This document shows, in pieces, positions 20,334-31,895 of a stretch of 64,000 nucleotides of DNA. A model generated the notes under the pieces. It was not told the DNA's origin. It saw only the letters and a program-made list of their open reading frames with translations, and searched no databases. The stretch comes from Escherichia coli (GTDB taxonomy: Bacteria; Pseudomonadota; Gammaproteobacteria; Enterobacterales; Enterobacteriaceae): assembly GCF_030384885.1 (NCBI RefSeq), contig NZ_CP128613.1; one strand, 5' to 3'. Position 1 is the first letter of the stretch, and each line of letters starts with the position of its first letter. The position numbers and the translations under genes are program-made.

Positions 20334-20461
20334 CCAGTATCCCCACTGTTATTGTTACCATTTAAAATCAAATTAGTAACAATTAAGACACATTTTATAT
20401 TGAACGTCCAATCAATAACGGCTTTAATGTATAAACAACGCTGATGAATGGAGTGGCAAAA
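20334..20461. promoter_or_regulatory. betT / betIBA divergent promoter-operator region
   Basis: AT-rich 128-bp spacer between divergent starts containing an imperfect inverted repeat ATTGAACG…CCAATCAAT that could be the BetI operator. Confidence 0.5.
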
Positions 20462-21049
20462 ATGCCCAAATTGGGGATGCAGTCGATCCGGCGCAGACAA
20501 CTGATCGACGCCACGCTGGAAGCAATAAATGAAGTAGGTATGCACGATGCGACGATCGCGCAGATCGCCCGCCGGGCGGGCGTTTCCACCGGGATCATTA
20601 GCCACTATTTCAAAGATAAAAATGGTCTGCTGGAAGCAACCATGCGTGATATCACCAGCCAGCTGCGTGACGCGGTCTTGAACCGCTTACACGCGCTACC
20701 GGATGGCAGCCCTGAGCAGCGATTACAGGCGATTGTTGACGGAAATTTCGATGAGACTCAGGTCAGTAATGCTGCGATGAAAGCCTGGCTGGCGTTTTGG
20801 GCCAGCAGTATGCATCAGCCGATGCTTTACCGTTTGCAGCAGGTGAGCAGCCGCCGATTGTTGTCGAATCTGGTGAGCGAATTTCACCGCGAGTTACCGC
20901 GCAAAGAGGCACAGGAGGCAGGTTATGGCCTGGCCGCGCTGATTGACGGTTTATGGCTGCGCGCGGCATTGAGCGGTAAACCGCTGAATAAATCTCTCGC
21001 ACACTCGCTCACCCGCCACTTTATCACTCAGCATTTACCCACCGATTAA
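20462..21049 (+). CDS. betI: TetR-family repressor of the bet regulon
   Basis: 195 aa from [14 protein letters not shown]; N-terminal TetR HTH. Confidence 0.9.
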   Translation: MPKLGMQSIRRRQLIDATLEAINEVGMHDATIAQIARRAGVSTGIISHYFKDKNGLLEATMRDITSQLRDAVLNRLHALPDGSPEQRLQAIVDGNFDETQVSNAAMKAWLAFWASSMHQPMLYRLQQVSSRRLLSNLVSEFHRELPRKEAQEAGYGLAALIDGLWLRAALSGKPLNKSLAHSLTRHFITQHLPTD

Positions 21050-21062
21050 CCGAGGAGACGTG

Positions 21063-22535
21063 ATGTCCCGAATGGCAGAACAGCAGCTTTATATACATGG
21101 TGGTTATACCTCCGCCACCAGCGGTCGCACCTTCGAGACCATTAACCCGGCCAACGGTAACGTGCTGGCGACCGTGCAGGCCGCCGGGCGCGAAGATGTC
21201 GATCGCGCCGTGAAGAGTGCCCAACAAGGGCAAAAAATCTGGGCGGCGATGACCGCCATGGAACGCTCGCGCATTCTGCGTCGAGCCGTTGATATTCTGC
21301 GCGAATGCAATGACGAACTCGCTAAACTGGAAACCCTCGACACCGGAAAAGCGTATTCAGAAACCTCAACCGTCGATATCGTTACCGGCGCGGACGTGCT
21401 CGAGTACTACGCCGGGCTGCTCCCGTCGCTGGAAGGCAGCCAGATCCCATTGCGTGAGACGTCATTTGTTTATACCCGCCGCGAACCGCTGGGCGTAGTG
21501 GCAGGGATTGGCGCATGGAACTACCCGATCCAGATTGCCTTGTGGAAATCCGCACCGGCGCTGGCGGCAGGCAACGCGATGATTTTCAAACCGAGCGAAG
21601 TCACCCCGCTTACCGCGTTAAAGCTGGCTGAAATCTACAGCGAAGCGGGCCTGCCGGACGGCGTATTTAACGTGTTGCCGGGCGTAGGTGCGGAAACCGG
21701 GCAGTATCTGACCGAGCATCCGGGCATCGCCAAAGTGTCGTTTACCGGCGGCGTCGCCAGCGGCAAAAAGGTGATGGCTAACGCGGCGGCCTCTTCCCTG
21801 AAAGAGGTGACCATGGAGCTGGGCGGTAAATCGCCGCTGATCGTTTTCGACGATGCAGACCTCGATCTCGCCGCCGATATCGCCATGATGGCGAACTTCT
21901 TTAGCTCCGGTCAGGTGTGTACCAATGGCACCCGCGTGTTTATTCCGGCGAAATACAAAGCCGCGTTTGAGCAGAAAATACTGGCGCGCGTTGAACGCAT
22001 TCGCGCGGGCGACGTTTTCGATCCGCAAACTAACTTCGGCCCGCTGGTCAGCTTCCCGCATCGCGATAACGTGCTGCGCTATATCGCCAAAGGCAAAGAG
22101 GAAGGTGCTCGGGTGCTCTGCGGCGGCGATGTGCTGAAGGGTGATGGCTTCGATAACGGCGCATGGGTTGCTCCGACCGTATTCACCGATTGCTGCGACG
22201 AAATGACTATCGTGCGCGAAGAGATCTTCGGCCCGGTGATGTCGCTCCTCACGTATGAGTCTGAAGACGAAGTGATTCGCCGCGCCAATGATACCGACTA
22301 CGGTCTGGCGGCGGGTATCGTCACGGCGGATCTGAACCGCGCGCATCGCGTCATTCATCAGCTGGAAGCCGGCATTTGCTGGATCAACACCTGGGGAGAA
22401 TCCCCGGCGGAGATGCCCGTTGGCGGTTACAAACACTCCGGCATTGGCCGTGAGAACGGCGTGATGACGCTCCAGAGTTATACCCAGGTGAAGTCCATCC
22501 AGGTTGAGATGGCTAAATTCCAGTCCATATTCTAA
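21063..22535 (+). CDS. betB: Betaine-aldehyde dehydrogenase (NAD+)
   Basis: 490 aa; aldehyde dehydrogenase motifs including the catalytic Cys region ([13 protein letters not shown]) and [10 protein letters not shown]. Confidence 0.95.
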   Translation: MSRMAEQQLYIHGGYTSATSGRTFETINPANGNVLATVQAAGREDVDRAVKSAQQGQKIWAAMTAMERSRILRRAVDILRECNDELAKLETLDTGKAYSETSTVDIVTGADVLEYYAGLLPSLEGSQIPLRETSFVYTRREPLGVVAGIGAWNYPIQIALWKSAPALAAGNAMIFKPSEVTPLTALKLAEIYSEAGLPDGVFNVLPGVGAETGQYLTEHPGIAKVSFTGGVASGKKVMANAAASSLKEVTMELGGKSPLIVFDDADLDLAADIAMMANFFSSGQVCTNGTRVFIPAKYKAAFEQKILARVERIRAGDVFDPQTNFGPLVSFPHRDNVLRYIAKGKEEGARVLCGGDVLKGDGFDNGAWVAPTVFTDCCDEMTIVREEIFGPVMSLLTYESEDEVIRRANDTDYGLAAGIVTADLNRAHRVIHQLEAGICWINTWGESPAEMPVGGYKHSGIGRENGVMTLQSYTQVKSIQVEMAKFQSIF

Positions 22536-22548
22536 CCAGGAGGTTTAT

Positions 22549-24237
22549 TTGCAATTTGACTACATCATTATTGGCGCCGGCTCTGCCGGCAACGTCCTCG
22601 CGACACGTCTGACTGAAGATCCGAACACTACCGTGCTGCTGCTTGAAGCGGGCGGCCCGGACTATCGCTTTGACTTCCGTACCCAAATGCCCGCTGCGCT
22701 GGCGTTCCCGCTACAGGGTAAACGCTATAACTGGGCGTATGAGACCGAGCCGGAACCGTTTATGAACAACCGTCGCATGGAGTGCGGACGCGGTAAGGGG
22801 CTTGGTGGATCATCATTGATCAACGGCATGTGTTACATCCGTGGTAACGCGCTGGATCTCGATAACTGGGCGAAAGAACCCGGTCTGGAGAACTGGAGCT
22901 ACCTCGACTGCCTGCCCTACTACCGCAAGGCCGAGACGCGCGATGTGGGCGAGAACGACTACCACGGCGCTGATGGCCCGGTAAGCGTGACCACCTCAAA
23001 ACCGGGTGTCAATCCGCTGTTTGAAGCGATGATTGAGGCGGGCGTGCAGGCGGGCTATCCGCGCACAGAAGACCTTAACGGTTATCAGCAGGAAGGTTTC
23101 GGCCCGATGGACCGCACCGTCACGCCGCAGGGCCGTCGCGCCAGCACCGCGCGGGGTTATCTCGATCAGGCTAAATCGCGCCCGAACCTGACTATTCGAA
23201 CTCACGCCATGACCGATCACATTATCTTTGACGGCAAACGCGCGGTAGGCGTCGAGTGGCTGGAAGGCGACAGCACCATCCCAACCCGCGCAACGGCCAA
23301 CAAAGAAGTGCTGTTATGTGCAGGCGCGATTGCCTCACCACAAATCCTGCAACGCTCCGGCGTCGGCAACGCTGAACTGCTGGCCGAATTTGATATTCCG
23401 CTGGTGCATGATTTGCCCGGCGTGGGCGAAAATCTTCAGGATCATCTGGAGATGTACCTGCAATACGAGTGCAAAGAACCGGTTTCCCTCTACCCTGCCC
23501 TGCAGTGGTGGAATCAGCCGAAAATCGGTGCGGAGTGGCTGTTTGGCGGCACCGGCGTGGGTGCCAGCAACCACTTTGAAGCAGGCGGATTTATTCGCAG
23601 CCGTGAGGAATTTGCGTGGCCGAATATTCAGTACCATTTCCTGCCAGTGGCGATTAACTATAACGGCTCGAACGCAGTGAAAGAGCACGGCTTCCAGTGC
23701 CATGTCGGATCGATGCGCTCGCCAAGCCGTGGGCATGTGCGGATTAAATCCCGCGACCCGCACCAGCATCCGGCGATTTTGTTTAACTACATGTCGCACG
23801 AACAGGACTGGCAGGAGTTCCGCGACGCGATTCGCATCACCCGCGAGATCATGCATCAACCGGCGCTGGATCAATACCGTGGCCGCGAAATCAGCCCCGG
23901 CGCGGAATGCCAGACAGATGAGCAGCTCGATGAGTTCGTGCGTAATCACGCCGAAACCGCCTTCCACCCATGCGGTACGTGCAAAATGGGGTACGACGAG
24001 ATGTCCGTTGTGGATGGCGAAGGCCGCGTGCACGGGCTGGAAGGATTACGCGTAGTCGATGCGTCAATTATGCCGCAGATTATCACCGGCAATCTGAACG
24101 CCACGACCATTATGATTGGCGAGAAAATGGCGGATATAATTCGCGGACGAGAAGCGTTGTCCAGAAGTCTGGCGGCGTATTTTGTGGCGAATGGGATGCC
24201 AGTAAGAGCGAAAAAACTGAATCGCGATTTGAACTAA
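22549..24237 (+). CDS. betA: Choline dehydrogenase (GMC oxidoreductase, FAD)
   Basis: N-terminal FAD motif [11 protein letters not shown]. The only in-frame start with a good RBS (AGGAGG, ~5 nt upstream) is TTG at ~22549; the track's ATG at 22504 lies inside betB without an SD. Confidence 0.9.
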   Translation: MQFDYIIIGAGSAGNVLATRLTEDPNTTVLLLEAGGPDYRFDFRTQMPAALAFPLQGKRYNWAYETEPEPFMNNRRMECGRGKGLGGSSLINGMCYIRGNALDLDNWAKEPGLENWSYLDCLPYYRKAETRDVGENDYHGADGPVSVTTSKPGVNPLFEAMIEAGVQAGYPRTEDLNGYQQEGFGPMDRTVTPQGRRASTARGYLDQAKSRPNLTIRTHAMTDHIIFDGKRAVGVEWLEGDSTIPTRATANKEVLLCAGAIASPQILQRSGVGNAELLAEFDIPLVHDLPGVGENLQDHLEMYLQYECKEPVSLYPALQWWNQPKIGAEWLFGGTGVGASNHFEAGGFIRSREEFAWPNIQYHFLPVAINYNGSNAVKEHGFQCHVGSMRSPSRGHVRIKSRDPHQHPAILFNYMSHEQDWQEFRDAIRITREIMHQPALDQYRGREISPGAECQTDEQLDEFVRNHAETAFHPCGTCKMGYDEMSVVDGEGRVHGLEGLRVVDASIMPQIITGNLNATTIMIGEKMADIIRGREALSRSLAAYFVANGMPVRAKKLNRDLN

Positions 24238-24256
24238 CGCAGGAACTTATAAGCTT

Positions 24257-24315
24257 GAGAGTTACCGTTCTACGATAAGGACCGAATCCTTATATAAAAA
24301 ACATAGGTAACTCTC
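24257..24315. repeat. Nested inverted repeats downstream of betA (outer GAGAGTTACC / GGTAACTCTC, inner ATAAGGA-CCGAA-TCCTTAT)
   Basis: Read directly; could be a terminator or REP-like structure. Confidence 0.3.
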
Positions 24316-24870
24316 ATGCTTCATATCCAGTATTCATGATGCTGGTTTTTTGCTGATGTTTTTACCAGAATATTCCTGATACAGACTATTAATTCAAGCT
24401 TATCTGCGACAGATTTCATTTTCTGGATATATTATGAGTGACAAATCAAACAGGATATCGATCTGATTGAAATTTTATTTTATCTGAAGAAAAAGATTCG
24501 TGTTATTCTGTTTATTATAGCTGTTTGTATGACAATGGTGCTATTATTTCTGTACATCAATAAAGACAATATAAAGCTGAGTTACAGCCTAAAAATAAAC
24601 CACACAACATCAGGCATACTTGTAAGCTGTGATAGCAATAATAACTTTGCCTGTCAGACCACAATGACTGAAGATGTTATTCAGCGAATTACGAGTTTTT
24701 TAGACCAGTACTAATGCTAAAAATTGCCTTGTCAAAAAAATGGTAGATGAATACAAACAAAACTCTGGGCAGTAATAAACAGCATTCTGACAGAGAGTGC
24801 CTGTATAAAGCTGAAGTGACAATGACCGGGAAGGGAGCCCGTCTTCAGGAAAGGATTCCTGTCTTTTTCA

Positions 24871-24911
24871 CTGTAAATATCCTGGCATTATTAATGTCAG
24901 GATATTTACAG
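24871..24911. terminator. Perfect 14-bp-stem hairpin (CTGTAAATATCCTG … CAGGATATTTACAG) between convergent betA and ykgG
   Basis: Exact reverse-complement arms around a 13-nt loop, lying just 3' of the ykgG stop. Confidence 0.4.
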
Positions 24912-25017
24912 AAGAGGAGCATAACCATGACGGAACGGGGTTAAGTCAGGTTGTCCTTAACGCTATTCACAACCTCGTATACCGCCTTCAGGTTTATGTC
25001 CAGACTTCATATCTCTC

Positions 25018-25713
25018 TCAGCAATCCTCAATAATCAGATACACCGCTTTCACCGGACCATGAACCCCGACGACTTTGATAAGCTCAATGTCCGCCGTTG
25101 AACTGGGACCACTGATGATGTTAATACATGACGGCATTCGTTCACCGGCCTGCGCTTTCTGATGCAATTTTTCTGCGAGTTGCGCTACACGCGGCAGGAT
25201 TGTGCTTTTACGCAGGATAAAAAGAGAAGATTCCGGGAGCAGGCTCAATGAACGCCCGCGCCCGGCGGCGGAAAAAAGAACCACGCCTCCCGATTCGGTT
25301 AAACCATATTCAGCATACACTACGCCAACTTTAGCCTGCTCTGCTTGTGATATGTTCTCAATACCTTTCGCCGGATCCCAAACAACGGCATTGCATTCCT
25401 GCTGCAAACGTTCGCTAATCCCCAACTCCTCCAGCCTCGTGTCACCGCTAATCACGACCGACTGCTCTCCCAGCTCTTTACACAGACATATTGCAGCTTC
25501 TGCCGCCTTCGCCTCGCTGGTCAGTTCACAGCGCGTCAACATAACATCGCTGGCAAACTGGATAAACGCGTCACAGCGCTGCTGTTGGTTAAGTTCGGTA
25601 AGCCGCTCGTTAGCATAGTTGTTAAGCGGCGCATCTTCTGCTTGCGGTTCAAGTCGCTGCGGGCGACCCAGTGCCTGAGCAACGTTATTCAAAAATTCGC
25701 TCCGATTATCCAT
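25018..25713 (-). CDS. ykgG: LutC-like protein (DUF162)
   Basis: 231 aa from MDNRSEF; the track ORF (282 aa) has an N-terminal extension overlapping ykgF. Confidence 0.85.
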   Translation of the reverse strand: MDNRSEFLNNVAQALGRPQRLEPQAEDAPLNNYANERLTELNQQQRCDAFIQFASDVMLTRCELTSEAKAAEAAICLCKELGEQSVVISGDTRLEELGISERLQQECNAVVWDPAKGIENISQAEQAKVGVVYAEYGLTESGGVVLFSAAGRGRSLSLLPESSLFILRKSTILPRVAQLAEKLHQKAQAGERMPSCINIISGPSSTADIELIKVVGVHGPVKAVYLIIEDC

Positions 25714-27133
25714 TCTTTTTCTCCTGCGCCTGATGTTTCTTAAACCAACTACGGAAACTCTCTCCGTCAGCTTCAGGAAGATCGCGTGCTTCCATCCAGT
25801 CGCTAATCGCGCCAAATTTGAGTGGTGTTTTGCCGCCATTGATAAACCAGCTTGCCGCATGAGCACCAGCCATCATCCCGACTTTCCACAATCCTGGATG
25901 ACTATTGGCATAAGCGAACATTTTTATCGCCCGTTGCTCTGCTTTTGCGGTGATCCCTTTTTCAGCCATCACCCGACGATGACGCAAAATCAGTTTTGAC
26001 AGAGGAATACGCACCGGACACACGCTGTCACAAGCCGTACATAAAGAGCAAGCGTAGGGTAAATCTTTAAAATCTTCATAGCCGCCAAGTAACGGGGAAA
26101 TCACCGCACCAATTGGCCCAGGATAAATAGAACCATATCCATGACCGCCAATATGGCGATATGCCGGACAGGTATTCATACAGGCTCCGCAGCGAATACA
26201 ACGCAGCACATCCCGAAATTCAGAGGCCAGCACCTCAGAACGCCCGTTATCGACAATAACCAGATGAAACTCTTCAGGACCATCAACGTGCCCCGCTTCG
26301 CGCGGTCCTGTCAGCCAGGTGTTGTATCCCGTCAAACGTGCACCAACGGCACTGCGCGCCAGCATGGTGATCAATACATCTACCTCGGCAAACGTGGGGG
26401 CAATACGCTCCATTCCCATCACGGCAATATGCGTTTTAGGCAGCGTGGTACACATTCGCGCATTACCTTCATTGGTCACCAGGCATACCGAACCGGTCTC
26501 TGCCACCGCGAAATTACAGCCGGTAATACCTATTTCAGCACTGAGGAAATCTTCGCGGATTTTTTGCCGAATGAATAAGGTCATCGCTTCAGGCGTTTCC
26601 GGCCCCTCATAACCCAGACGTTCGTGTAGCACTCGACGGATCTGATGGCGATCTTTATGAATTGCCGGGACCACAACATGAGAGGGCGGATCTTGATCCA
26701 GCTGGAGAATGTATTCACCCAGATCGGTTTCAATCACCTGAATACCAGCATCCTGCAACACATGATTGACACCAATCTCTTCGGTCACCATCGATTTAGA
26801 TTTCACCACCTTCCGGGCATTTTTGCGTTGGGCGACCTGTAAAATGTAGCGGGTGGCGTCTTCTTTAGTTTTTGCAAAATAGACGTGACCGCCGTTTTGC
26901 GTCACTTTTTCAGAGAGCTGGTACAGATAAGCGTCGAGATTACTCAGAACATGATCACGTATCTGGGCGGCCCGATCGCGCCACTCCTCCCAGTGCCCCA
27001 ATTCATCGACCATTTTTTGCCGATTTGCCCCAATACGCTGCTGCGCGTTTGCCACCGCTTTGCGCATGATCGGATCTTCAATTTGCTGACGGATGCGTGT
27101 CTTAAAATCTGTATTACTGGTTTTGATCGACAT
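25706..27133 (-). CDS. ykgF: LutB-like iron-sulfur protein
   Basis: 475 aa; two ferredoxin-type 4Fe-4S cysteine clusters (CIRCGACMNTCP, CSLCTACDSVCP). Confidence 0.9.
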   Translation of the reverse strand: MSIKTSNTDFKTRIRQQIEDPIMRKAVANAQQRIGANRQKMVDELGHWEEWRDRAAQIRDHVLSNLDAYLYQLSEKVTQNGGHVYFAKTKEDATRYILQVAQRKNARKVVKSKSMVTEEIGVNHVLQDAGIQVIETDLGEYILQLDQDPPSHVVVPAIHKDRHQIRRVLHERLGYEGPETPEAMTLFIRQKIREDFLSAEIGITGCNFAVAETGSVCLVTNEGNARMCTTLPKTHIAVMGMERIAPTFAEVDVLITMLARSAVGARLTGYNTWLTGPREAGHVDGPEEFHLVIVDNGRSEVLASEFRDVLRCIRCGACMNTCPAYRHIGGHGYGSIYPGPIGAVISPLLGGYEDFKDLPYACSLCTACDSVCPVRIPLSKLILRHRRVMAEKGITAKAEQRAIKMFAYANSHPGLWKVGMMAGAHAASWFINGGKTPLKFGAISDWMEARDLPEADGESFRSWFKKHQAQEKKNG

Positions 27134-27143
27134 CTTTATATCC

Positions 27144-27863
27144 TCAGCGGCTCATCAGCACTTCAGCAATATGCATCACTTTGACTTTCTGCCCTTCCCG
27201 TTGTAATCGTCCACTGATGTTTAGCAGGCAACTCACGTCAGCACCAATTAAATACTCAGGGCGGACTTCCATCAGGTGCACAACCTTTTCTTTCACCATC
27301 TCGCCGGATATTTCGGCCATTTTGACCGAGAACGTGCCGCCAAATCCGCAGCAGGTATCCTGTTCAGCAAAGGTCAACAGCTCCAGTCCACGCACATTTT
27401 TCAGCAGCGTAAGTGGCTCGTCCTTCACCCCCAGCTTACGGGCCAGGCTACAAGATGGGTGATACACCGCTCTCCCTTGCAAACTGGCACCTACATCGAC
27501 TACCCCTAATGTATTAACAATAAAAGAGGTGAGATCCTGCATACGCGCGGCAACCTTTTCGGCACGTGATGCCCATTCAGGCTCATCCGCCAGATACGTT
27601 GGGTAACTTTTTACGGCATAGGTACAGGAGCCAGCCGGTGAAATAATGGGATCGTCGTTATCCTCCAGTGCGGCGATCAGATTTTTCATCCCTGGAATCG
27701 CTTCTTTGATATAACCACTATTGATCGCAGGCTGACCGCAGCATCCCTGTTTCTCCGGGAAATTTACGCGACAGCCGAGTTTTTCCAGTAGCAGCACGGA
27801 GTCTCGTGCCATTCTTGATTTCAGGGCGTCACCAATACAGGTGACAAAGAAATTGACATTCAC
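27144..27863 (-). CDS. ykgE: LutA-like cysteine-rich (CCG-domain) Fe-S oxidoreductase
   Basis: 239 aa; two CCG-type cysteine motifs (CCGQP, CCGFGG). Confidence 0.9.
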   Translation of the reverse strand: MNVNFFVTCIGDALKSRMARDSVLLLEKLGCRVNFPEKQGCCGQPAINSGYIKEAIPGMKNLIAALEDNDDPIISPAGSCTYAVKSYPTYLADEPEWASRAEKVAARMQDLTSFIVNTLGVVDVGASLQGRAVYHPSCSLARKLGVKDEPLTLLKNVRGLELLTFAEQDTCCGFGGTFSVKMAEISGEMVKEKVVHLMEVRPEYLIGADVSCLLNISGRLQREGQKVKVMHIAEVLMSR

Positions 27864-28380
27864 AACTAATACTCCATTACTTCATGCCCATTTATGCCCG
27901 ATGGTTCCCCCCACCAGGGGATCAATCATCAATAAATATGGCGTTCTTTTTTAATTGGCTAGCAACATACCACCCCTCATTTGTATGACAAATGATAATC
28001 TTTCATCCAAACTTCAAATGCAATAACTAATTTTATTTCTTTCGGCATCGCTCACATTTTATAGGGAAATCGACGATCATTTTTGGCATAAGAAATTCAT
28101 TTAAAAAGGCCACATCCCTTATACCTATTCAGAGCTACTTATTCAGGGGTTGTTGAGATATACAATGATGGTGTACTAACAAAATCACCGGCAATAATCA
28201 GGTATCAAGTAATAGTCGGTATTTTATTTAATTAAAGCAATTTAGTTTGCGTTTTTATTTAGATACTGGGCCAGCATTCTTCAAAAAAACATATAAAACA
28301 CTGTTGGAAATAGAAATAGTTGAAAGGCTCACAACACCCGGAATGCTGATTATCTTTGCTCCGATTCCTGGCGGTTTTAT

Positions 28381-29235
28381 TCAGGGTGCAAGCTGTCTGA
28401 CCCTTTCCCGATATTCTCCCGGGGTACAACCAAACTCGCGGACAAACGCCTTGTGAAAAGATGATTCACTGGCATAGCCTACTGACTCAGCAATCACCAC
28501 AACAGGGAACGTTTCCCGGGAAAACATCTGGGCCGCTATTTGTAGACGCAACTTTGTTAATACAGCCAGCGGCGTGGTTCCGGAAACATCACGGAAAAGC
28601 TGGGCAAAACTTGCCCGGGACATGTGGGCGATGCTGGCCAGCGATTCGACGGTCCAGGCGTGTCCTGGCATTTCCAGCATTTGCTGTATTACCGCACCAA
28701 GACGTGGATGCAGAAGCAAACTGAGAATGTTTTTCTCAGTATTAACCTGTGCAATCCACTCACGCACCGCGAGGGTAAAGAATGTAGCGCAGATCTGGCT
28801 ACACAGTGCATCCACTCCCGGCATTGCCGATTTGGACTCCTGTTGTAAAAACGGGATCGCCTCCCTCAGCCAGTTATATTCCACGCTGTGGTTAACCGGT
28901 GCTAAAAACAGCGTTTCCGGCAAAGACGTTAAAAAATAACGCGCCGAATGTTGCAGCCGAAGAGTGCCGCAGACAATACAGGTCGATTCATTATCGACAT
29001 GACTCAGGCGATGAGCTGAATTTTGTGGTAGCAGGACCACATTTCCCGGGCGTAATGTAAAAATCTCCCCCGTCGGCATTTCCAGCTTCGCCGCTCCTTG
29101 CGTTAACGCATGCCAACGAATAACCGATAATTCCCCGGCACCATGTGGAAGCTGCCAGTCACTTCCTAACACGCAATTCTTATCGATCGTTCCTTGTGGA
29201 GCGTTAAGCATCAACAAACGGCTAAGGGCATCCAT
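28381..29235 (-). CDS. rclR: AraC-family activator (reactive-chlorine response regulator RclR-like)
   Basis: 284 aa; C-terminal AraC HTH; divergent from the rclABC genes. Confidence 0.85.
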   Translation of the reverse strand: MDALSRLLMLNAPQGTIDKNCVLGSDWQLPHGAGELSVIRWHALTQGAAKLEMPTGEIFTLRPGNVVLLPQNSAHRLSHVDNESTCIVCGTLRLQHSARYFLTSLPETLFLAPVNHSVEYNWLREAIPFLQQESKSAMPGVDALCSQICATFFTLAVREWIAQVNTEKNILSLLLHPRLGAVIQQMLEMPGHAWTVESLASIAHMSRASFAQLFRDVSGTTPLAVLTKLRLQIAAQMFSRETFPVVVIAESVGYASESSFHKAFVREFGCTPGEYRERVRQLAP

Positions 29236-29460
29236 ATCAGACTCCTGAGTGGTTTTTGATTACAAACACCAACAATCTTAGACAATAATTAATCTAATAC
29301 CATCAAATGGTTAATCATGATTTTTGTTTTGTGATTCTGATTAAGAAAAAGAAAATACCAGACGATAAGACAAAATATCAAGCGTTGTGAAGAAATGTTA
29401 ATTGCTCTTTTGCGTCTATAGTCATGATGTCAAATGAACGCGTTTCGACAGGAAATCATC

Positions 29461-30786
29461 ATGAATAAATATCAGGCAGTTATTATTGGTTTTGGCAAGG
29501 CTGGAAAAACATTAGCCGTCACGCTGGCAAAAGCAGGTTGGCGTGTGGCTCTCATCGAACAATCAAATGCAATGTATGGCGGGACCTGTATTAATATCGG
29601 CTGTATCCCAACCAAAACATTGGTTCATGACGCACAGCAGCACACAGATTTTGTCCGTGCCATACAGCGTAAAAATGAAGTGGTTAATTTTTTACGTAAT
29701 AAGAATTTTCATAATCTTGCGGATATGCCCAATATCGACGTGATCGACGGCCAGGCGGAGTTTATCAATAATCATAGCCTGCGTGTTCATCGGCCTGGGG
29801 GAAATCTGGAGATTCATGGCGAGAAAATTTTTATTAATACCGGTGCACAAGCCGTGGTTCCGCCAATTCCTGGAATTACCACCACGCCTGGTGTATATGA
29901 CAGCACCGGATTACTTAATCTAAAAGAATTGCCTGGGCATTTAGGTATTTTGGGCGGCGGATATATTGGCGTTGAGTTCGCCTCTATGTTCGCTAATTTT
30001 GGCAGCAAAGTAACCATTTTAGAGGCAACTTCGCTGTTTTTGCCTCGGGAAGATCGGGATATTGCTGATAATATCGCGACGATTTTACGCGATCAGGGCG
30101 TCGATATTATCCTCAATACCCATGTGGAGCGAATCAATCACCATGAAAATCAAGTGCAAGTGCATAGCGATCACGCCCAACTGGCGGTGGATGCACTGTT
30201 AATAGCTTCCGGTCGTCAACCGGCTACCGCTTCGTTACATCCAGAAAATGCAGGTATCGCAGTAAACGAACGTGGGGCAATTGTCGTTGACAAGCAATTA
30301 CATACCACCGCAGACAATATTTGGGCGATGGGAGATGTTACCGGCGGGCTGCAATTTACTTACATTTCACTGGATGATTACCGCATTGTGCGTGATGAAT
30401 TGCTGGGAGAAGGCAGACGTAGTACTGATGATCGGAAAAATGTGCCTTATTCCGTATTCATGACACCGCCACTGTCCAGGGTTGGTATGACAGAAGAACA
30501 AGCCAGAGAGAGTGGTGCAGATATTCAGGTGGTGACATTGCCTGTAGCTGCAATTCCGCGCGCAAGAGTGATGAACGATACCCGTGGGGTATTAAAAGCG
30601 ATTGTTGATAATAAAACCCAACGTATATTAGGGGCATCACTGCTGTGTGTTGACTCCCACGAGATGATCAATATAGTAAAAATGGTGATGGATGCCGGGC
30701 TGCCTTATAGCATATTACGCGATCAGATATTTACTCATCCGTCGATGAGCGAATCACTCAATGATCTATTTTCATTAGTCAAATAA
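29461..30786 (+). CDS. rclA: Pyridine nucleotide-disulfide oxidoreductase (RclA-like)
   Basis: 441 aa from MNKYQAVIIGFGKAGK; FAD fold and the redox-active CxxxxC motif (GGTCINIGCIPTK). Confidence 0.9.
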   Translation: MNKYQAVIIGFGKAGKTLAVTLAKAGWRVALIEQSNAMYGGTCINIGCIPTKTLVHDAQQHTDFVRAIQRKNEVVNFLRNKNFHNLADMPNIDVIDGQAEFINNHSLRVHRPGGNLEIHGEKIFINTGAQAVVPPIPGITTTPGVYDSTGLLNLKELPGHLGILGGGYIGVEFASMFANFGSKVTILEATSLFLPREDRDIADNIATILRDQGVDIILNTHVERINHHENQVQVHSDHAQLAVDALLIASGRQPATASLHPENAGIAVNERGAIVVDKQLHTTADNIWAMGDVTGGLQFTYISLDDYRIVRDELLGEGRRSTDDRKNVPYSVFMTPPLSRVGMTEEQARESGADIQVVTLPVAAIPRARVMNDTRGVLKAIVDNKTQRILGASLLCVDSHEMINIVKMVMDAGLPYSILRDQIFTHPSMSESLNDLFSLVK

Positions 30787-30894
30787 ACTCAAAATCAGAC
30801 GCCAGGACAAATATTCTGGCGTCTCAGAGAAAAGAATCTTATTAATTCCTTGTTATTATATAACTTCTTAATCACTTCATTGATGGTATTTTAT

Positions 30895-31131
30895 ATGTTT
30901 AAAAAACCTGTTTTATTTGCAACACTATTATCTGGCGTTATGGCATTTTCCACCAATGCAGATGATAAAATAATTCTGAAACATATCAGCGTCTCGTCAG
31001 TATCAGCATCACCGACAGTTCTGGAGGATGCCATTGCTGATATAGCCAGAAAATATAATGCTTCATCCTGGAAAGTCACATCGATGCGAATTGATAATAA
31101 TTCAACCGCAACAGCAGTATTGTATAAATAA
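30895..31131 (+). CDS. rclB: Small periplasmic protein (RclB-like)
   Basis: 78 aa from MFKKPVLFATLLS with a signal peptide. Confidence 0.75.
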   Translation: MFKKPVLFATLLSGVMAFSTNADDKIILKHISVSSVSASPTVLEDAIADIARKYNASSWKVTSMRIDNNSTATAVLYK

Positions 31132-31142
31132 GGATGTTCACA

Positions 31143-31736
31143 ATGGAAAAATACCTGCACCTGTTAAGTCGGGGAGATAAAATTGGCCTGACATTGATTC
31201 GTCTGAGTATTGCGATTGTTTTTATGTGGATTGGGTTATTAAAGTTTGTCCCTTACGAGGCAGACAGCATTACACCATTCGTCGCAAACAGTCCACTAAT
31301 GTCGTTCTTTTATGAACACCCGGAAGACTATAAACAGTATCTGACTCACGAAGGCGAATACAAACCAGAAGCAAGGGCATGGCAATCGGCCAATAATACC
31401 TATGGTTTTTCCAACGGTCTTGGCGTCGTGGAGGTGATTATTGCTCTGCTGGTTTTGGCTAATCCTGTCAATCGCTGGTTAGGTTTATTGGGAGGGCTGA
31501 TGGCATTTACCACACCGTTGGTAACACTCTCATTTTTAATCACCACCCCGGAGGCATGGGTACCCGCATTGGGTGACGCTCATCATGGTTTCCCTTATTT
31601 ATCCGGTGCTGGTCGCTTGGTATTGAAAGATACTCTGATGCTGGCAGGTGCTGCCATGATAATGGCAGATTCGGCGCGGGAAATTCTTAAACAACGCAGT
31701 AATGAATCCAGTTCAACGTTAAAAACTGAATATTGA
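31143..31736 (+). CDS. rclC: Inner-membrane protein (RclC-like)
   Basis: ~197-aa multi-TM protein immediately after rclB. Confidence 0.8.
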   Translation: MEKYLHLLSRGDKIGLTLIRLSIAIVFMWIGLLKFVPYEADSITPFVANSPLMSFFYEHPEDYKQYLTHEGEYKPEARAWQSANNTYGFSNGLGVVEVIIALLVLANPVNRWLGLLGGLMAFTTPLVTLSFLITTPEAWVPALGDAHHGFPYLSGAGRLVLKDTLMLAGAAMIMADSAREILKQRSNESSSTLKTEY

Positions 31737-31769
31737 TAATCCGAACACTGTCTGTTGTTCACTTTTTCA

Positions 31770-31807
31770 GGCGTCAGGCCCCCTTTCTGATGATGAAGCC
31801 TGACGCC
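31770..31807. terminator. Hairpin (10-bp stem GGCGTCAGGC / GCCTGACGCC) between convergent rclC and the aldo-keto reductase gene
   Basis: Exact reverse-complement arms; candidate bidirectional terminator or REP-like element. Confidence 0.4.
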
Positions 31808-31895
31808 ATATTACCGGAGATATGACAGAGTGAAGATCAATATCACTCCCCTGTTAAAAGATTCTTGTCGTCTCAGGTAAAATACATGATTAATA

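Noticed and set aside
21618-22436. 272-aa minus-strand ORF
   Set aside because: Antisense to betB; Arg-rich shadow frame.
23335-24033. 232-aa minus-strand ORF
   Set aside because: Antisense to betA; no independent support.
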